DNA from: Heteronotia binoei
Lineage: Eukaryota
Assembly: GCF_032191835.1 (NCBI RefSeq)
Contig: NC_083237.1
Span: forward strand, 17,174,001 to 17,238,000
Length of the DNA stretch: 64,000 bases
Direction of reading: 5' to 3'
The stretch's first letter is position 1. Each line of letters begins with the position of its first letter. Below, piece after piece: positions 23,040 to 34,854 of the stretch. The translations under genes and the position numbers were made by a program. The notes under the pieces were generated by a model. The model was not told the origin of the DNA. It saw nothing but the letters and a program-made list of their open reading frames with translations, and did not search any database.

Positions 23040-23292
23040 CATGACAATGATATGTTTGTGTTGCGGGTGTCATTGCATGCAGCCTTCACATCATTGGTAA
23101 CTCACAAAGTGGTTGATGAAGCAGGAACCACAGAAGGGATGCTGAAAGGTGAAGCTCACACATATTGCAGCGATTATAAAGCCAACTAGCCAGCAAGCTG
23201 AGGCAAGCTGGAACTGATGTCATTTTCCCATGGCTGCGGCTGTGTGCCATGTTTGCTGGGATTGTCATTCTGGGACCCCTTTCAGTCATCTT
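23040..23292. pseudogene. Scrambled OR fragment: minus-strand TM4-TM5 piece (23040-23247) fused to the adjacent codons on the plus strand (23249-23292)
   Basis: 23040-23247 aligns to 26725-26941; 23249-23292 reads MFAGIVILGPLSVI on the plus strand. Confidence 0.8.
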
Positions 23293-24404
23293 TGCAAGGA
23301 GAAGGCTTCATAAACTTTAATTTTTAAAATAGGAGTCAAGTTGCACCTTTAAGGCCAACTTAGTTTTATTCAGAACGGAAGCTTTCATGCGTTCTCTAAG
23401 CACATTTCATCAGACGAGGAATCCAGAACAGTGAGCAAAGCCACACATAGCTGGTAGTCAGTGGCTCAGAATACAAACTGGTACAAATTTAAGATCCAAT
23501 GACAGTATAGTAAAATTATCTGGCAGGGAGTGGTTTAGAATGCAAAATGGTACAAAATTAAGAATATTGACAGAATAGTAAAATTAACAAATTAACAACT
23601 AAGGTTGCCAGGTCCTACCTGGCAGCCAGCAGGGGGATCCTTGGGCCTTTCCACATGCAGGGCACAATGATGTCACCTGGAAGTGGCATCATCACATCAC
23701 AGATGTCAGGGTGAAGCTCTAGGTTTTGGGCAAAATTGTATTGTAGCCAATTTTACCAGAGAGTTTTGGTAAAATTGCCATGCAACAGCAGCGATGTGAT
23801 GATGTCACTGCTGGGTGATGTCATCATGCCACCTTTCAGGCCAATTGGGGGTGAAATTTCTCCCCACTGCCTCCCCCCTGGTTGGCGGTGTGAACTTTCA
23901 CAGTCAGTTCAATCACCTCAGGATTCTGCCGCTTTATTTGCCGATGCAGATATTCTGCTATATGTAGGGACTCAGGATCCATTTATTATTTCAAATCAGT
24001 TGTTTCAATTTATTTTATTTATAGTCCACCTTTCTTAAGGAACTTCCAGCTGTTTCCTGTTCAGTCAGCCCAACACATCAGGCATTCCAGTGGTTACAGT
24101 AGGCCCATCTTCACCCAGCTGCTGGTCTGAGACCAACAAGGCCTCAGTCCTTCTCTCCTCTCAGTTATGAAACTCACTATTTTAGCAACACCTGTACATC
24201 TTTTCTTAAATGGTTGGGTCCCTCATAATTATGCATCTGCAGCTATTGATAGAGTGATATTACTGTTATCTGCTGTGAGAAAATGCATTGCTAGGAACTG
24301 GAAAAATACAACATTTCCTCTTTTTGCTTAACAGCACAAAAAAATCTGGGAGTTTTATATAATGGCAAAATTGACTGATAATATTAGTATTTTTATTTAT
24401 ATGT

Positions 24405-24800
24405 TTGTTTATTTATTTATTTTGATTTATATCCCGCCCTCCCCGCCGAGGCAGGCTCAGGGCAGCTCACAGCATAATATCACAGTAACAGTTAAAACCA
24501 TCCATATAATAAAATCACAGATTCTACAATTTAAAACAATCAAAATTGGTATGGTGCTAATCTCATTAGATGTTGTATATTTTCAGTGGCGATGGCATTT
24601 CTCCAGTTTCCTACAATGTAGGCTCCGCATCAGTTAAAAGCCAACCGGGAGAGAGAGCTTTTACAGGCCTTGCGGAACTGAGCAAAGTTCCGCAAGGCCC
24701 TCACTCCCTCTGTCAGTTGGTTCCACCGGTGGGGGGCTGCTATCGAGAAGGCCCTCTTTCTGGTGGTCTTTAATTTGGCCTCCTTCATTTTCTTCTCCTT
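24405..24800 (-). mobile_element. L2 LINE 3' fragment
   Basis: C-terminal peptide RAFSIAAPHRWNQL..VR..FRKACK and an L2-type tail. Confidence 0.75.
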
Positions 24801-25200
24801 CAAGTATGATTGCTTGAGGTGATACACCTTCCAATTTGACTTCTGTTTAGTTCCCTGTACTGGAATATCTTACTGCTTAGCAAAAAATTCCAAGAATTGT
24901 AAATGATATGCACCTATGGTAAAATGTTGATAATGATCATTTATAAATACAAATATATTTATAAATATCAATGTTGAATTCTATGATATTATATGATCTA
25001 GGAATTGCAGAACTTGATATGATTGTATATAATAATATTGTGTCATTAAATTTTATTTTAATCCAATAAACTGTTAATGTACAAACAAAAATATGAAGCT
25101 CACTAGCTCCCTCTGTTGTTGACTTCTGCCAGCTGGTGAAGACTTTTTTGTTCCGTTTTGTGTTTCCCAGATAACTGTTTTTGGTGGTCCTCTCTCATTG

Positions 25201-25673
25201 TTACAAGATTATGCATGGGATGGAGAAGATAGAGAAAGAAGTACTTTTCTCCCTTTCTCACAATACAAAAACTCATGGGCATTCAATGAAATTGCTGAGC
25301 AGTCGGGTTAGAACGGATAAAAGGAGGTACTTCTTCACCCAAAGGGAAATTAACATGTGGAATTCACTGCCGTAGGAGGTGGTAGCAGCTACAAGCATAG
25401 CCAGCTTCAAGAGGGGGTTAGACAAAAATATGGAACAGAGGTCCATCAGTGGCTATTANNNNNNNNNNNNNNNNNNNNNNNNNNNNNNNNNNNNNNNNNN
25501 NNNNNNNNNNNNNNNNNNNNNNNNNNNNNNNNNNNNNNNNNNNNNNNNNNNNNNNNNNNNNNNNNNNNNNNNNNNNNNNNNNNNNNNNNNTTTTGGCCAC
25601 TGTGTGACACAGAGTGTTGGACTGGATGGGCCATTGGCCTGATCCAACATGGCTTCTCTTATGTTCTTATGTT
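25201..25673 (+). mobile_element. CR1 3' fragment (contains N gap 25459-25590)
   Basis: Matches 6220-6472; the gap falls where the other copy has (GT)/(TA)n. Confidence 0.85.
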
Positions 25674-25715
25674 GTGTTGCTATGTGTTTTATTGAATAGC
25701 TTGTTTTATATATAA

Positions 25716-25998
25716 AGGTAAAAAGGCACCAGTCATTTTCGACTCTGGGGTGATGTTGCTTTCACAACGTTTCACGGCAGACTTTTTATAGGGTGCTTTG
25801 CCATTGCTTTCCCCAGTCATCTACACTTTCCCCCCAGCAAGCTGGGTACTCATTTCACCGACCGTGGAAGGATGGAAGGCTGAGTCAACCTCAAGTTGAC
25901 TACCTGAAAATCCAGCTACTGCCGGGGATGGAACTCAGGTCATGAGCAGAGCTTAGGAATGCAGTACTGCAGCTTTACCACTCTGTGCCACGGGGCTC
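25716..25998 (-). mobile_element. Sauria SINE
   Basis: Homologous to 2684-2957. Confidence 0.8.
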
Positions 25999-26398
25999 TT
26001 TGTTTTATATATACTTTATTGTAAATGCTGTTCTCCCGTTACCATCTTGTGGGGAAAGGTGGTATAGAAACATTTTGAATTTAAAAAAAATAGTAACTGT
26101 CCATGTGATGGTCACTTTATCTCAATCTAACTTACCTCACAGGGTTATTGCAAGAATCACATAAAGAAGAAGAGAGCGATTTATGCCACTCCCAGCTCTA
26201 GGAATCTAGAAAATGATAAATATGTAATAATGAAATGCTCCATGCTGCTGTTTAAGCTACTGTAGTGTGCCACTGTCAACATTTAAGACGATCAGAAATT
26301 TAATAACTGTGAAAACTCAACACTCAAGTACCTGATTTACACTAGTCATCCTTGGCAACTGGTGACCCTGCAGACCAATGTCAACCCTCGTTCTTTCT

Positions 26399-26935
26399 TC
26401 ACAAAACCCATCTTCACAGCACCTTGGCCATCGCTTCATTGACATCCTTGTTCCACAGAGTGTAAATGAGAGGATTCAGAAGAGAGGTGACCACGAGGTA
26501 AAACAGCCATTTGTTTTTCATTTTGAGGAGATGTCCCTGACTGAGGCCTAATGTATACAAAGATGATGGCACCATAGAACAAAGTGACCACTACTAAGTG
26601 GGAGCTGCATGTAAAGAAGGCCTTGCGGAGTCCAGTGGCTGACCGCATTTGTAACATGGAGAAGAGGAAGAGGCCATAGGAGGTCAAAATGACTGAAAGG
26701 GGTCCCAGAATGACAATCCAAGCAAACATAACAATGATATGTTGTGTGATGTGGGTGTCATCGCATGCTGACTTCAACACCATTGGCAACTCATAGACAA
26801 AGTGGTTGATGCAGCAGGAACCACAGAAGGGATGCTGAAAGGTGATGCTCACACATATTCCAGCAATTATAAAGCCAACTAGACAGCAAGCTGAGGCAAG
26901 TTGGAACTGGCGTCATTTTCCCATGGCTGTAGCTG
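26399..26935 (-). pseudogene. OR pseudogene (OR-2psi): only TM4-TM7 remain, plus a 2-bp deletion near TM7
   Basis: Highly similar to OR-4 (32545-33070); aaaacacagcc has become aaaacagcc. The 5' half is replaced by the 3' flank of OR-3 at a ggctgt junction. Confidence 0.9.
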
Positions 26936-27064
26936 TGTGCCACAGTTAACATCGAAGCTGCCTGGAAATGTTATAGTCAGTGTAAAAACCCGGCATTAAA
27001 GAATCTTATTCACATGAGTCATCCTTGCCAAATGGTTAGACTAATGTCAAATCAACTGTCACCT

Positions 27065-27997
27065 TCACAAACCCCATCTTCGTAGTACCTTGGCTACTGC
27101 CTCATGGACATCCTTGTTCCGCAGGGTGTAAATGAGAGGATTCAGAAGAGGGGTGACCACAAGGTAAAACACAGCAATCTGCTTCTCATTGTCAGCAGAT
27201 TTTCCTATTTGGGGTATAATGTAGTTAAGGGTGATGGTGCCAAAGTACATAATAACCACCAATAAAGGGGACCCACATGTAGAGAAAGCCTTGCGAAGTC
27301 CACTGACTGACCGTATTTGCAACACAGAGATCAGAATGAGGCTGTAGGAGGTCAAGATAACTGAAAAGGGTCCCACAATGACAATTACTGCAAACATAAC
27401 GATGATGTATTCTGTGATGTGGGTGTCATCGCATGCAAGCTTCAACACCATTGGAATCTCACAGACAAAGTGGTTGATGCAGCAGGAGCCACAGAAAGGG
27501 TGCTGAAAGGTGATGCCCACACATATTGCAGCAATTATAAAGCCAGCTAGCCAACAAGCTGCGGCAAGCTGGAACTGGCGCCATTTTCTCATGGTTGTGG
27601 TGTATACTAAGGGATGGCAGATGGCTAAGTATCGATCGTAAGCCATGACTCCTAGCAGAACGGCTTCAACAGAACCCAGAGACAAAGACATGTACATCTG
27701 TAAGGCACAGTGTATTAAGGACAATTCTGCATGGCCAATTAGAAGGTGGGTCAGCATTTGGGGTACATTGGTGGTGACAAAAGAGATCTCCACACCTGAA
27801 AGATGTGAGAGGAAAAAATACATGGGGGTGTGGAGGTGGGAGTCCAATTGTACTAGCACTATGACCCCTAGATTCCCAACAAGGATAAATATGTACATGA
27901 GGAGAATGATCACAAAGAGGAGAATCTGTGTGTTGCGGTCACTGGAGAGTCCTACTAAGATGAATTCTGTTGTAGAGGTGAGGTTTTTCACCTCCAT
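27065..27997 (-). CDS. Olfactory receptor (OR-3), intact ORF, 310 aa, with H-to-P change in the KAFSTCxSH motif
   Basis: NLT sequon; LHTPMYFFL, MAYDRYLAIC, KAFSTCGSP, PLLNPLIYTLRN. Confidence 0.95.
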   Translation of the reverse strand: MEVKNLTSTTEFILVGLSSDRNTQILLFVIILLMYIFILVGNLGVIVLVQLDSHLHTPMYFFLSHLSGVEISFVTTNVPQMLTHLLIGHAELSLIHCALQMYMSLSLGSVEAVLLGVMAYDRYLAICHPLVYTTTMRKWRQFQLAAACWLAGFIIAAICVGITFQHPFCGSCCINHFVCEIPMVLKLACDDTHITEYIIVMFAVIVIVGPFSVILTSYSLILISVLQIRSVSGLRKAFSTCGSPLLVVIMYFGTITLNYIIPQIGKSADNEKQIAVFYLVVTPLLNPLIYTLRNKDVHEAVAKVLRRWGL

Positions 27998-29174
27998 TCA
28001 AAACTTCTTCCTGCGGAATAAGAGAAGCATTCATACTGAGACTGTGAAGAAATACCGTTTTAGTGCGAGGTCTGGGACTGACAAAAACTCACATTTCATT
28101 TCAAAGGTTTCAGTTTCTCCCAGCAGAAAACTGACTTCCAGATATCACCTGGGTACCAATATCCAAAGCTTTGAAAATGCTAATGACCATCCTTGCTGAA
28201 GACAATGAAATGACCAGCTAACATCTTGGTGGAAATCTGACACCTAGAAGGGGGACAGAGACTTGGGGGCATGAAGCGCTAGATAGCATCTTCCTTCAGA
28301 TTTCAGGTGAGGATTCTTTTACCATTGTGGTGTGAGAAAATAGAGATAAAATCCCCTGGTATGGAGGAAGGGTGGTTCCTTTTAGAAGTTCCACTTTGGC
28401 TGACTACATGAGGAGGAACGGGCTATCACACCTGAGCTCCTTCATGATGGCTACCGTTGCCTTGTGGAAAGTGCCGGCTACCCAGACAAAGAGGCCAAAG
28501 TAATGGGAAGCTTTCTGAACACCACAGCTTCTAAAATAAAGAGCCAGACTTAGACTAAGATCAACAAGGGCATGCCTAAAGTAAGGGTTGGGGGAACCAC
28601 ATGTTGCACCATTCTTTTGTATCCCTTGCCCAATCCATTGCTATGTAGAGTGTATGTAGGGGAACTTGTTACTTTCCAAGAAATTCTTTATTTCTTTAAA
28701 AGCTGCTACTTTTTTCTCTGTACCCCATAGAGTCCACTGTTGGAATATTCTATTTAAAATGAGCATTGAGGGAAAGGAGGCAATCAGTTGCTAAAGTGCT
28801 ATTTTTCTAGGAGTGTGAAATGTAGTAAGTTGTCTCCAGCTGGGTAGTATCAGATGCACGGACTAGGTAGAACCTTAGAATGAGCAACACAAGAAGGGAA
28901 GCTGTAATTTTTGATCCTCTCATTGGTTAATTCCCAAAATTATCAGTTTGTGATAGCATAGAGAGAGAGAGAGAGAGAGAGAAGCCTTTAAAGGGTGTAG
29001 ACCTGGGGCAGGTGCTAAGTTCCTATGTGCCTTAGAGGGCCAAAGAGAGTGACACTCATGGGTCAGCAGTGGCCATTCCACCACAGAAATACACTGTATC
29101 TGAAGAAGTGAGCAGTGACTAATGAAAGCTCATAGTCTACCACAGATTTTGTTAGTCTTTAAGGTGCTACTGAA

Positions 29175-29450
29175 GAAGGAGGAGGAGGAGATTGGATTTA
29201 TACCTCACCCTTCACTAACCAAAGGAGTTTCAGAGCAGTTTACAAATCTCCTTCCCCTCCTCACAACAGAAACCCTGTGAGGCAAGTGGGGCTGAGTGAG
29301 CTCTCCCAGAGCTGCTCTTGAGCAGAACAGCCTTGAGAGTTGTGGCTGACCCAAGGCCACATCAGCAGGTGTATGTGGAGGAGTGGGGAATCAAACCTGG
29401 TTCTTCCAGATAAGAGTCCGCACACTTAACCACTACATAAACTGGCTCTC
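29175..29450 (-). mobile_element. Squam3-type SINE
   Basis: Homologous to 7149-7421. Confidence 0.8.
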
Positions 29451-31704
29451 TAACTCTTTTATTTTATTTTTTTACTGTACTCTTACTCTTTTCTATTGCT
29501 ACAGACAGATTAGCACAGCTACCCGTCTTGTCCCAAGCAAACATGGAGTGTGTCAATGAGGGGAACTGCGGTCTGCTTCCTTGCCCTCCTGATAACACTT
29601 GTTGCACATTTTTTCCTTCAGAATCAGAATTACCTCTATAATGATCAGAATTTCTCCTCTCTTCTTGATATGGAGGGTGATTCCCTTGAGCACATTTCTG
29701 GGGCATGTTCATATTGGATGAAGTGGGAATAAGTGAGATTAAATATGAGATTAGAAATGGTGACCAAATCAACTATCCAATTCTGTTTATGGTTTTTTTT
29801 TGAAAAAAAAAAACCCTCAAAAGAAGGCATCGAAAGGCCACAAAATTTGAATCTAAATACAGCTTCCAGTCAGCACGTAAATCCCAACTTAAATAATAAG
29901 GTGGGAAGGGGCTGGTTTGGTCAGAGACAAGATGGCCTTTCCCCTGTCAATGAGGAAAGAATGCAGGGCCAAACTAATAGGAGCAAAGTGGGAATGGTGC
30001 AGTGAAAAAGAATGTAATTTGGTTTAGTGGGAGCACTGCTGGGTTTACATTCTACAGAACCTCCTGAAGAAGTTGGCACAAAATACGCAGGGGTATTGAT
30101 ATTTGGAATCAAGAATTATTTTCCCTTCCACCATTTTTTCTTTGCCTTTCTGCCCTCACAAATATGCCCCATTCCAACCTAAAATTCACCTCATAAATGT
30201 CCAGAGATTATTTTCCTCCCTCTTAAATTGTGTGCCTATACATGAAGAGGCAAGTGGGTATGCAAGCACAGATGACAAAGCAAGAGGTCTCGTAGTGATC
30301 CCTTCCATCTGGTAAACCCACTTCCTGTCCCTGCTTCAGTGATTCTGACAGAAATATATAGCAGTTAATCCATTGCTAAAACCAGGGGTCATTTTGTACA
30401 AAAATAGGTGGTGGAGCTCATCCAGGGATTGTTATGCAGCTGCACCTACTATTCAGTGGACAAGGTGGGGGGGGGGAGGGGAAACCCTCAGAAAGGTTCA
30501 GGAGCTGCACTCCCTTGAACTCCTGCTGAATCTGAGGCCTGGCTAAAACCATCTTCAGACTTCCTTTAACCCACCCCCACATTTCAGGTGAAATGTCAGG
30601 GATTTCTTTGTCTTCTGCTCCCATGTCTCATGCATCATAAAGAGAGTACTTGAGAAAGCAAAAGCCATAAGGTGAGATTTCTTTTCCTCCCCCCAGAATT
30701 TTATTTGCCTGCCATACTTTTGAGTTTCTCCTCAGGGACAATCTGACATCAATATAGAATGAGACTTTCCCAGATTGAGGCCATGGGTCCACCAAGACCA
30801 GAATTATCTGCAGCTCTCCAAAGTCTCCAGCCAAAGGTCTACCTGGATCCTGCTACTAGACACCCTTTCTTTGAAGATTCCAGTTACCACACACTTGTTT
30901 AACATCTTCTCTAGCACAGAGAAGTTACCAGGGAGATCTTCACAACTCACCATGTGGTAGCTACAGATGGTCTGCTTGTTTCAGGATCTTGAGACCTTAA
31001 CTCCTGAGGCTTATTTCTCCAGTGTGAGAGAGAAAGAACCTAGAATTCTCCAGCAATGAAATGGCTGGAAGTTTCTAAAGATCTACCAGAAGAAATTACA
31101 TTTTGTCAACAGACTTACACAGCTGGAAGTATGCTGCTTAATTTGCATATTACTGGCTTGGAAATATGTTGCTTAATTTNNNNNNNNNNNNNNNNNNNNN
31201 NNNNNNNNNNNNNNNNNNNNNNNNNNNNNNNNNNNNNNNNNNNNNNNNNNNNNNNNNNNNNNNNNNNNNNNNNNNNNNNNNNNNNNNNNNNNNNNNNNNN
31301 NNNNNNNNNNNNNNNNNGTTGTTCTTGATGCCCATATTTCTCAAGGAGGTCCTGACCTTTAAGATTGGGAAAGAAGTTGCTTTCTGTTAAAAAAATCAGA
31401 AAAAAGAACCCTCCATCCAGCACTGTCTCCTTTGACAGGTGTCATATCATGTCTAAGCCATTGGTGACTTACCTTGCCCTAGAAATGCCAGAGGCCTTTG
31501 CGATGCACATTGAGAATGTGTTCTAAAGTCCAGCCTCTATGCTACTCCTCCTGTGCATATCTAAAGCTTTCTAAGTTGAAGCGCTTACCTGAGTGGCCTG
31601 GGCTAGCCGGATCTTATCAAATCTCAGAAGGGTCAGCACTTTCTATTGAGGACACAGATTCATTCCCCTGTTCTTGGCAACTGTTTCATTCCCCTGTTCT
31701 TGCA

Positions 31705-31812
31705 TCAGAAATCAAAAAGGTCTGAAAATTCTAGGAGATGATAAAGACTGTAGTTCTGCTCCACAGAGACTGCTGTGGTCCCTTAGGTGTTTTCCTCTCA
31801 GTTGTTAATTAT
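31705..31812 (-). promoter_or_regulatory. Candidate OR promoter module (O/E-like + homeodomain site); homologs at about 2385-2475, 7760-7830, 19550-19645, 47075-47180, 59270-59370
   Basis: Conserved ataaagact...(a/c)t(t)ccacagggact core followed by TAATT(A/T), 3-4.6 kb upstream of OR ATGs. Minus-strand AAG|GTAAG donors lie downstream (31467-31472, 46827-46832). Confidence 0.45.
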
Positions 31813-32544
31813 GACATGCTGTTTTCATGTTACCATCTTGTGGGGGAAGGTGGTATAGAAACATTTTAAATAAAACAAACACTAACTGTCCATGTAGGTA
31901 GTTCTAGGGTTGCCAAGTCCCTCCGCTGTTGTAGAGGGGGACATCTCTCCTGGGCGCTTTACTTGTTTTGCATGATGATGTCACCCGGAATTAACATCAT
32001 TGCACCAGTGATATCATGCCAGGGATGCTCTAGGATTCACAAAAAAACCTCTATGGTACCATAGAGTTTTATCATGAGTCCTAGATTGTCCTCGGTGCAA
32101 TGTCCATAGCACAATAATATTGGTTCCAGGTGATGTCATTGCGCTGGGGAAAGCATGCAGCAAGAGGGCTCTTTGGGGGCAGGAATCCCCCCAGCAACCT
32201 GCTCCCTGCTGGCAGGTTGGAAGACTCCAGACTGGGGGATCTTGGACGTCCTAGGTCATTCTATCTCAACCTAGCTTACCTCACAAGGTTATTGTGATAA
32301 TCACATACAGAAGAAGAGAGCCATTTATGCCATTCCCAGCTCTAGGATCCTAGAAAAAGATAAACATCTAATAATGTAATGGTCCATGCTGTTGTTTAGG
32401 CTGTTGCAGTGTGTCACGGTCAACATTTAAGACAACCAGAAATTTAACAGTCAGTGTGAAAACTCCACATTCAACATCCTGATTACACTAGTCTTTCTTG
32501 GCAACTGGTGATGCTACAGACCAATGTCAACCGTCATTCTTTCT

Positions 32545-33477
32545 TCATAAAACCCATCTTCGCAGCACCTTGGCCACTGCTTCATGGACATCCTTGTTCC
32601 GCAGGGTGTAAATGAGAGGATTCAGAAGAGGAGTGACCACAAGGTAAAACACAGCCATTTGTTTTTCATTTTCAGGAGATGTTCCTGACGGAGGCCTAAT
32701 GTAAACAAAGATGATGGCACCATAGAACAAAGTGACCACTACTAAGTGGGATCCACATGTAAAGAAGGCCTTGCGTACTCCAGTGACTGACCCCATTTGC
32801 AACACGGAGAAAAGAATGAGGCCATAGGAGGTCAAGATGACTGAAAAGGGTCCCAGAATGACAATCCCTGCAAACATAACAATGATATGTTGTGTGATGT
32901 GGGTGTCATCGCATGCAAGCTTTAACACCATTGGTATCTCGCAGACAAAGTGGTTGATGCAGCAGGAACCACAGAAAGGGTGCTGAAAGGTGATGCTCAC
33001 ACATATTGCAGCAATGATAAAGCCAGCTAGCCAACAGGCTGAGGCAAGCTGGAGCTGCCGCCATTTTCCCATGGCTGTAGCATATACTAAGGGATGGCAG
33101 ACAGCTATGTAACGATCATAAGCCATGATTGCCAGCAGAATTGCTTCGACAGAACCCAGAGCCAAAGTCATGTACATCTGTAATGCACAACGGACTAAGG
33201 ACAATTCTCCATGCCTCGTTAGAAGGTGATTCAGCATCTGGGGTACAGTACTTGTGATAAAACCGATCTCCACACTTGAAAGGTTTGAGAGGAAGAAATA
33301 CATGGGTGTGTGGAGGCGAGAGTCGACTTGTACCAGCACTATGACCCCCAGGTTTCCCAGAAGGGTAAAGATGTACATTAGGAGAATTAGCACAAAGAGA
33401 AGAATTTGTGTCTTGCGGTCACTGGTTAGCCCTACCAAGATGAATTCTGTTGTAGCAGTGAAGTTGTCAACCCCCAT
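32545..33477 (-). CDS. Olfactory receptor (OR-4), intact, 310 aa
   Basis: MGVDNFT; LHTPMYFFL, MAYDRYIAVC, KAFFTCGSHL, PLLNPLIYTLRN. Start set at 33477 by the conserved acceptor. Confidence 0.95.
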   Translation of the reverse strand: MGVDNFTATTEFILVGLTSDRKTQILLFVLILLMYIFTLLGNLGVIVLVQVDSRLHTPMYFFLSNLSSVEIGFITSTVPQMLNHLLTRHGELSLVRCALQMYMTLALGSVEAILLAIMAYDRYIAVCHPLVYATAMGKWRQLQLASACWLAGFIIAAICVSITFQHPFCGSCCINHFVCEIPMVLKLACDDTHITQHIIVMFAGIVILGPFSVILTSYGLILFSVLQMGSVTGVRKAFFTCGSHLVVVTLFYGAIIFVYIRPPSGTSPENEKQMAVFYLVVTPLLNPLIYTLRNKDVHEAVAKVLRRWVL

Positions 33478-33613
33478 TCTGAGCTTCTTCCTGCAGAGCA
33501 AGAGAAACATTCAGTCCAAAACATTATCTCACAGTAGAGAAACTGCTTTCAAAAAAAAACATTCCTTGTGTTGAAGGGCAAAAAGACCATTCCATTGAAC
33601 CCAAACCAATTTC

Positions 33614-33858
33614 ATACTCACCTTACGCCACTCTCAGGTTCGTCTTCTCAGTGCGGCTTCCTTCTAATTTCACACTATCTGCCCCCGGGGCTGCAGTAAG
33701 CATCAGCATTTTTGTGTAGCAAACAGAAACCACTAAAAACCAGTTTCTGTTTGGGGCATGAAAATTCCGATGCTTGCTGCAGCCCCAGGGCAGATAGTGT
33801 GAAATCGGGAGGAAGCCCCACTGAGAAGAGGAAGGTGACAGCGGCGTAAGGTGAGTTT
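33614..33858. mobile_element. Palindromic MITE
   Basis: Long imperfect inverted arms (actcaccttacgcc...ggcgtaaggtgagt). Confidence 0.75.
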
Positions 33859-33872
33859 GACATCGGTCCCAG

Positions 33873-34067
33873 TCAATGTTCTTTCTAAGCTGTGGAGTCT
33901 TGTGAGCAAAAATTCTACTTTGTCAGCTACAGGCATTAAAGTTGCGAGCTACTGCAGAAATTAGTTTGCTCTGGGGACATTTTTCCTGAGCAAAGACAGA
34001 AATGTGTGAGGTGGAGGCTAAAAAACTGTGAGCTAGCTCACACTAACAAAGCTTAGAGGGAACACTG
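33873..34067 (-). mobile_element. hAT-like MITE (cagtgttccctctaagc TIR family; another at about 62482-62670)
   Basis: The two copies are reverse-complement homologs with matching TIRs. Confidence 0.65.
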
Positions 34068-34672
34068 GTCCCAGTGTCTTGATCTCAGTAAGAACAGCAA
34101 AAAACAAAACAAAAAAACCGCCCACCTCTCTACTCCCTTCATTATAGCCCCTTTGCCTGAATATACTTCTGAAGTGTGCTGAACTGTGAGGGTAGTCTTA
34201 GAGGAGAGCTATGCTGGTCCACAGTAGAACAACTTGGTTTGAGTCTAAGAGTACATCAGAAAGCAACAAGATTTTCAGGGTATAAGATTTTTGAGAACTC
34301 CATGCTATCCCTCTTTTGACCTTCATGATTTAAAGCATTCACTACGACTATTGCAAAATTCGTTGGCTTCTTATGAATTCTTAACTCTTAACCACGGTTA
34401 GCACTATGGCTAATGCCTGCTCTCTAGCAGGCCTGTATAGCGGAGACTCCAGCAACACCTGCTTATCACCTTGAAAGCAGAGACAATAAAATATTTCCTT
34501 CCCTAAACTCTGAGCTCAGCTTTTCTGACAAAATTAAGTAGGCTTTTTCATGCTTTTTCATGCCTATCACTTTTGGCATTTGATATTCTTCCCTTCAGTT
34601 GTCACATTTCTTGACAATTCATGTGTCCCATGCTCAATTTTTAGAACACTGGTTGGGTTACCATGGGATAAT

Positions 34673-34854
34673 CAGGGCATTTTTTTGTAGCAGGAACTCT
34701 TTTACATATTAGGCCACACACCCCTGATGTAGCCAATCCTCCAAGAGCTTGCAGGACTCTTAGTACAGGGCCTACTGTAAGCGCCAGAAGGATTGGCTAC
34801 ATAAGGGGGCCGTTGCCTAATATGCAAAGGAGTTCCTGCTACAAAAAAGTCCTG
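34673..34854. mobile_element. Palindromic hAT-like MITE
   Basis: Same family as 61547-61717. Confidence 0.7.

Larger units (their letters stand above)
26973..31810. repeat. About 4.8-kb segmental duplication, paired with 42293-47180 (OR-3 block vs OR-5 block)
   Basis: Collinear 3' flank, CDS, 5' intron and upstream module in both blocks. Confidence 0.9.

Noticed and set aside
25376-25695. ORFs spanning N runs (also near 31.2, 45.8 and 58.7 kb)
   Set aside because: Artefacts of translating assembly gaps.
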